Positions 60,481-64,000 of a DNA stretch of 64,000 bases are shown piece by piece. Each line of letters begins with the position of its first letter. The first letter of the stretch is position 1. The position numbers were made by a program, and so were the translations under genes. Location of the stretch: the IMG/VR virus record IMGVR_UViG_3300032315_001715, positions 62,001-126,000 of that record; one strand, 5' to 3'. The notes under the pieces are model-generated. The model had not been told where the DNA came from. It ran no database searches and saw only the letters and a list, made by a program, of their open reading frames with translations.

Positions 60481-62037
60481 TTATGAAATTATGTTGATGT
60501 TTTTGAGCTGAACCGCACTGTTAAATTTTATCGGATTTGCTGCATTGAAAAGATTGAACATAAAACGGTTAGTCCCGCCTTTAATACTTCTCGAGTTAGT
60601 ATAATCATTATCAAGTCCAGTTGAATATATTACGGATTTGGACTGAGATAACAGCCATGATTTCAACTGTGCCGGAGTGGCATGCGGATTGATCTGCATG
60701 AACAGAGCGCCCAGTCCAGCTACCTGCGGACATGCCATGCTAGTACCACTGATGTTGGTTTGTTTAAATGATGGATTGAGATAGTAGGTCTGGCTACCTG
60801 ATCCCCACTTGTTGGTGTTGCTGGTAGAACTCATGATGTTGGAACCCGGCGCGTATATATCAACCCCGGGTCCGCTCTCACTGAAAACTGATTTGTACTC
60901 GGTGGTAGCATTAAAGACCGTTGAATCGATTGCACCCACGATCAATGCATCGGTGCTATATGGACTTGAACCTCGATTGTAATATCGTGTCCCAAATAAT
61001 GAACTGGTAAAGTAATTATCGTAGTCAAGACCGCCGGTCACGTCTATCTTTTGATAGTAGTTACCTGCTGCCACAACTACCACTATACCAGCTGATATCA
61101 TTTCCTGGATATCAACATCAACGGATCCGACCCGAGTACCATAATAACCGCCAGAACCTATCATGCCATAGTCGGTTCTCGGTAGTGTACCGGACCAGGG
61201 AGTACCTCGATATACACCGCCAGTGATGTTTGAAAATGAACTAACATAGCCCCAGCTCATGGTTACAATGGTCGGTCGTTTGCTACCGGTTATTGGATCA
61301 ATTGGTTTATTTTGATGCCATAGCTTGATCGTGTCAAAGCAATCGGTGACCGAAATACCAGTACCAGCGTCACCCGAGCCTTCAAGACCGTTGACTTTCA
61401 TTGAATATACGGCTGCTCCCTTGGCCCAGCCGTAGGTTTTGCCTGTTGCTATACCGGCACAATGGGTACCATGACCATCAAAGTCTCGATAAAAATTAGG
61501 GCTTTGTGTTCCAGACAATCCACTTGCTTGATACCAATCTATCTGTACGACCCGTGAAATACCGTTGCTGCTGGTAAATTCCGGATGATCGATCTGTAAA
61601 CCGCTATCCGATACCACCACATCAACGCCTGTACCGTCAAGCGTGTATCTGTATGGACCACTAACCAACGTTCCTGTTCCATATATGTTGGATTGCTCAA
61701 TGCACCTACGCAATCCCCAGTTTACAAACGAACCGCTGTCACTATTTGTTTTGGTAAAATTTGATTCTTGTAATATCTTAGGTTGTAACTGGATGTCAGA
61801 CCGTTGATCGGGCGGTATTTCCACGGAATACACACGAGCGTCTCGTCTGAGTTCATCGGCTTCTGCATCCGTTAAAGAATAATGACAACTGCGCAAGCTG
61901 CCTGGACGCTCGTTTACTATGTCCACGATTCGGTCTGGTATCGGTACAGTACCAAAGGTATTGCTTTCCATTTGATCCCAGAACCGATCATAGTCAATCC
62001 CAGCAACCAAGCTTACGATGTATTCCCGTTCAATCAT
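60481..62037 (-). CDS. subtilisin-like S8 serine protease (probably virion-associated)
   Basis: VSDSG, HGTHCAG, AAGN, DIYAPG, SGTSMACPQVAG; ATGA-coupled to the fiber gene. Confidence 0.92.
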   Translation of the reverse strand: MIEREYIVSLVAGIDYDRFWDQMESNTFGTVPIPDRIVDIVNERPGSLRSCHYSLTDAEADELRRDARVYSVEIPPDQRSDIQLQPKILQESNFTKTNSDSGSFVNWGLRRCIEQSNIYGTGTLVSGPYRYTLDGTGVDVVVSDSGLQIDHPEFTSSNGISRVVQIDWYQASGLSGTQSPNFYRDFDGHGTHCAGIATGKTYGWAKGAAVYSMKVNGLEGSGDAGTGISVTDCFDTIKLWHQNKPIDPITGSKRPTIVTMSWGYVSSFSNITGGVYRGTPWSGTLPRTDYGMIGSGGYYGTRVGSVDVDIQEMISAGIVVVVAAGNYYQKIDVTGGLDYDNYFTSSLFGTRYYNRGSSPYSTDALIVGAIDSTVFNATTEYKSVFSESGPGVDIYAPGSNIMSSTSNTNKWGSGSQTYYLNPSFKQTNISGTSMACPQVAGLGALFMQINPHATPAQLKSWLLSQSKSVIYSTGLDNDYTNSRSIKGGTNRFMFNLFNAANPIKFNSAVQLKNINIIS

Positions 62038-63728
62038 GCCGGAGTACCATCGTCTAGGTTTATCCATGCGCCATTTTGATAGCCCTGGAATCTATTTGCC
62101 GTGGTGTTATAGACCATGTCACCGTTGCTTGCCGTGATTAGATTTCTAGCGGTCGTGGTAAATGACGCCAGCCTAAACGGTGAGGATGTTACATCTACTC
62201 GATTTGCTGCTGTAAGCAACAGATTGGTTGCCGACACGATTTCCGGTGTGCCAGCCGATGTGGTTATAACATTACCACCAACATAGAGATTTCCTGCGAT
62301 ACCAACACCGCCTGCCACTTGCAGCGCACCGCTAGAGATGCTTGTTGACACCGTTGTGTTGCTGATGATTACTATGTTTGCGCCGTTAAATGTCCCGCTG
62401 CCAGCTGGTCCGGTTGGTCCAGTTGCACCGCCGCTACCCGCTCCGCCGGCTGGCCCAGTTGGTCCAGTTGCACCGCCGCTACCCGCTCCGCCGGCTGGCC
62501 CAGTTGGTCCAGTTGCACCCAGGCTTCCCGGTATGTTGATCACCTGCGGATCAAGCGTGATGTTGGTTGATCCAAGATCGATTACATTGAGAACCGTGTC
62601 AAAAACGTCGCCAATGCTGGAACACAGTGATGTGCCTAAATCCCACAATATCGGGCTGTCAGACAGCGAAACACCGCAGTTCTTAAACGAGTTACCTATC
62701 GATGTAATGCCCGGATTCGGGCTATACACCTGTATTCCTCCGGAATCAATCGTGTCAAACACCGACTGAGATACAGTTGTGTAAGAAGGACCGTCATACC
62801 CCGTGGCAAGATAATCCGATCCCACGCAGATACCGGAATATAATTCGTAAAACCAACACCTCGACATCCTGGTGTGTTCTACCGGATCGTCTGCATAGAT
62901 ACCATATGTGAAGTTGCCAAAGTCACAATCCACAAACTGTGAATCATAGGTAGGTGTTGCGTCGCCAATGCTTTGCAACCTCACCGCTGCATGCGCATCA
63001 GTTGTGAGATCGCCCGAAGAATACCCGCCGACAAATCGAATCGACTCAAGTCGAACTCCCTGGTATCTAACTAGATTACACGCATCGATCTTTAAACCGT
63101 CCGTGCTGAGTGTCATGTTTCCTAACAGGATCCGTGTTGGAAGCTGTGCGCTACCGAGGCCTATGTTAGCAGCGGTTTGACCGAGGCTGTCGGCGGTGAT
63201 AAACATTGATGATCCAGAAAAACCAGCATCTGCTACGATGATGGTTTTATCAATGCCGTCTCCTATCAACGTTACATATGGGTACAGTAATATTGGTTGT
63301 GAAATACGATAAATACCAGCCGGCATCCTAAGTAGAACGCGCAATCCGGCATTTGTTGGGGTTGTTGTGCCAGATCGTCCAAGCATCTCAGCAATAGCAG
63401 CATTGATAGCAATCGAATCGTCAGATTCTCCGTCGCCAGTAGCACCGAAATCTTTAACACTTGCTGCATCGTTGAGCTTTTGCCCAATCGACCGTATGGC
63501 GCTTGAATCCAAGGTCGTGTCAAAGGTACGGAACTTGGTTATGATTAGATCAGTGTTTGGACCGTGTTCTGTTAAAACCGCGGTATTTTGACCAAAGCCG
63601 GGTGCATTGCCAATGAAAAGTTCTCTGGTATCCAAGCACCAGCCGAACTCACCCTCGGCTAATGCCGGGGGCAAATCAGCCCTGAGACCTCGTCTCTGTT
63701 GCATTCTAGAGATTGATGTGATGGCCAT
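62034..63728 (-). CDS. tail fiber/spike with a pectate-lyase-3 beta-helix and collagen-like repeats
   Basis: RRG..LP.LAEGEFGW..DTRELFIG N-domain; SVKDFGATGDG..DD; GATGPTGPAG repeats; TAAATA at 63756-63761. Confidence 0.85.
   Translation of the reverse strand: MAITSISRMQQRRGLRADLPPALAEGEFGWCLDTRELFIGNAPGFGQNTAVLTEHGPNTDLIITKFRTFDTTLDSSAIRSIGQKLNDAASVKDFGATGDGESDDSIAINAAIAEMLGRSGTTTPTNAGLRVLLRMPAGIYRISQPILLYPYVTLIGDGIDKTIIVADAGFSGSSMFITADSLGQTAANIGLGSAQLPTRILLGNMTLSTDGLKIDACNLVRYQGVRLESIRFVGGYSSGDLTTDAHAAVRLQSIGDATPTYDSQFVDCDFGNFTYGIYADDPVEHTRMSRCWFYELYSGICVGSDYLATGYDGPSYTTVSQSVFDTIDSGGIQVYSPNPGITSIGNSFKNCGVSLSDSPILWDLGTSLCSSIGDVFDTVLNVIDLGSTNITLDPQVINIPGSLGATGPTGPAGGAGSGGATGPTGPAGGAGSGGATGPTGPAGSGTFNGANIVIISNTTVSTSISSGALQVAGGVGIAGNLYVGGNVITTSAGTPEIVSATNLLLTAANRVDVTSSPFRLASFTTTARNLITASNGDMVYNTTANRFQGYQNGAWINLDDGTPA
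62401..62520. repeat. 45-bp tandem repeat encoding GATGPTGPAGGAGSG
   Basis: About 2.6 copies visible. Confidence 0.8.
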
Positions 63729-63828
63729 TTGTTTACTTCCTGGACGCGTATGGTATATTTAGTTGAAAATCGTTTGTCGGTTGATCCTGTTCGAAAAGGT
63801 GCTATAATTTGCGCAAGGAGATAGCGAC

Positions 63829-64000
63829 ATGGTTGCCAATATCATCACGACAGCGTTGCTTGAGCTGCAAACGCTGTTCAACGCAAAGGGATTTGACATC
63901 CGCTTGGTTGGCGGCTGCGTTCGTGATCTCATAGCCGGCGTTGCTCCCAAGGACGTGGACCTTTGCACGGATGCAGATCCGGCAGAGCAGGTGCAGATCT
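63829..64000 (+). CDS. cca: CCA-adding tRNA nucleotidyltransferase / poly(A) polymerase family (5' part, runs off the window)
   Basis: MVANII..GFDIRLVGGCVRDLIAGVAPKDVDLCTDA; GGAG RBS and TATAAT upstream. Confidence 0.85.
   Translation, partial: MVANIITTALLELQTLFNAKGFDIRLVGGCVRDLIAGVAPKDVDLCTDADPAEQVQI

Noticed and set aside
63759-63968. Minus-strand 69-aa ORF
   Set aside because: It is antisense to the clearly recognisable CCA-adding enzyme start at 63829.

Overview
This window is part of a jumbo (T4-like/myovirus-type) bacteriophage genome, probably infecting an alphaproteobacterium. The host inference rests on a two-piece tmRNA, a ROSE-like thermometer upstream of the small heat-shock gene, and host-type Prs/PyrG. 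Genes lie mostly on the minus strand and use the standard code. The first ~10 kb is GC-rich and holds small hypothetical genes behind sigma70-like promoters. The rest carries many host-like genes (prs, pyrG, clpS, sHsp, rpsU, infC, clpX, speD-like, agmatinase, queD-like, Smr, Sir2, tilS, NUDIX, YccA, a CCA-adding enzyme, glycosyltransferases), a two-subunit type II topoisomerase, class Ia ribonucleotide reductase with glutaredoxin, four free-standing homing endonucleases, and virion or lysis genes under TAAATA late promoters. The most striking feature is at 33.9-38.4 kb: a DUF2828-type Ro60/TROVE-like vWA protein gene next to eight stem-closed non-coding RNAs that share a 5' GG..CAGCAA motif. 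Four of these RNAs have their own near-consensus sigma70 promoters, and three are circularly permuted tRNAs (3' half, linker, 5' half). All calls come from reading motifs by eye; no database searches or folding programs were run.
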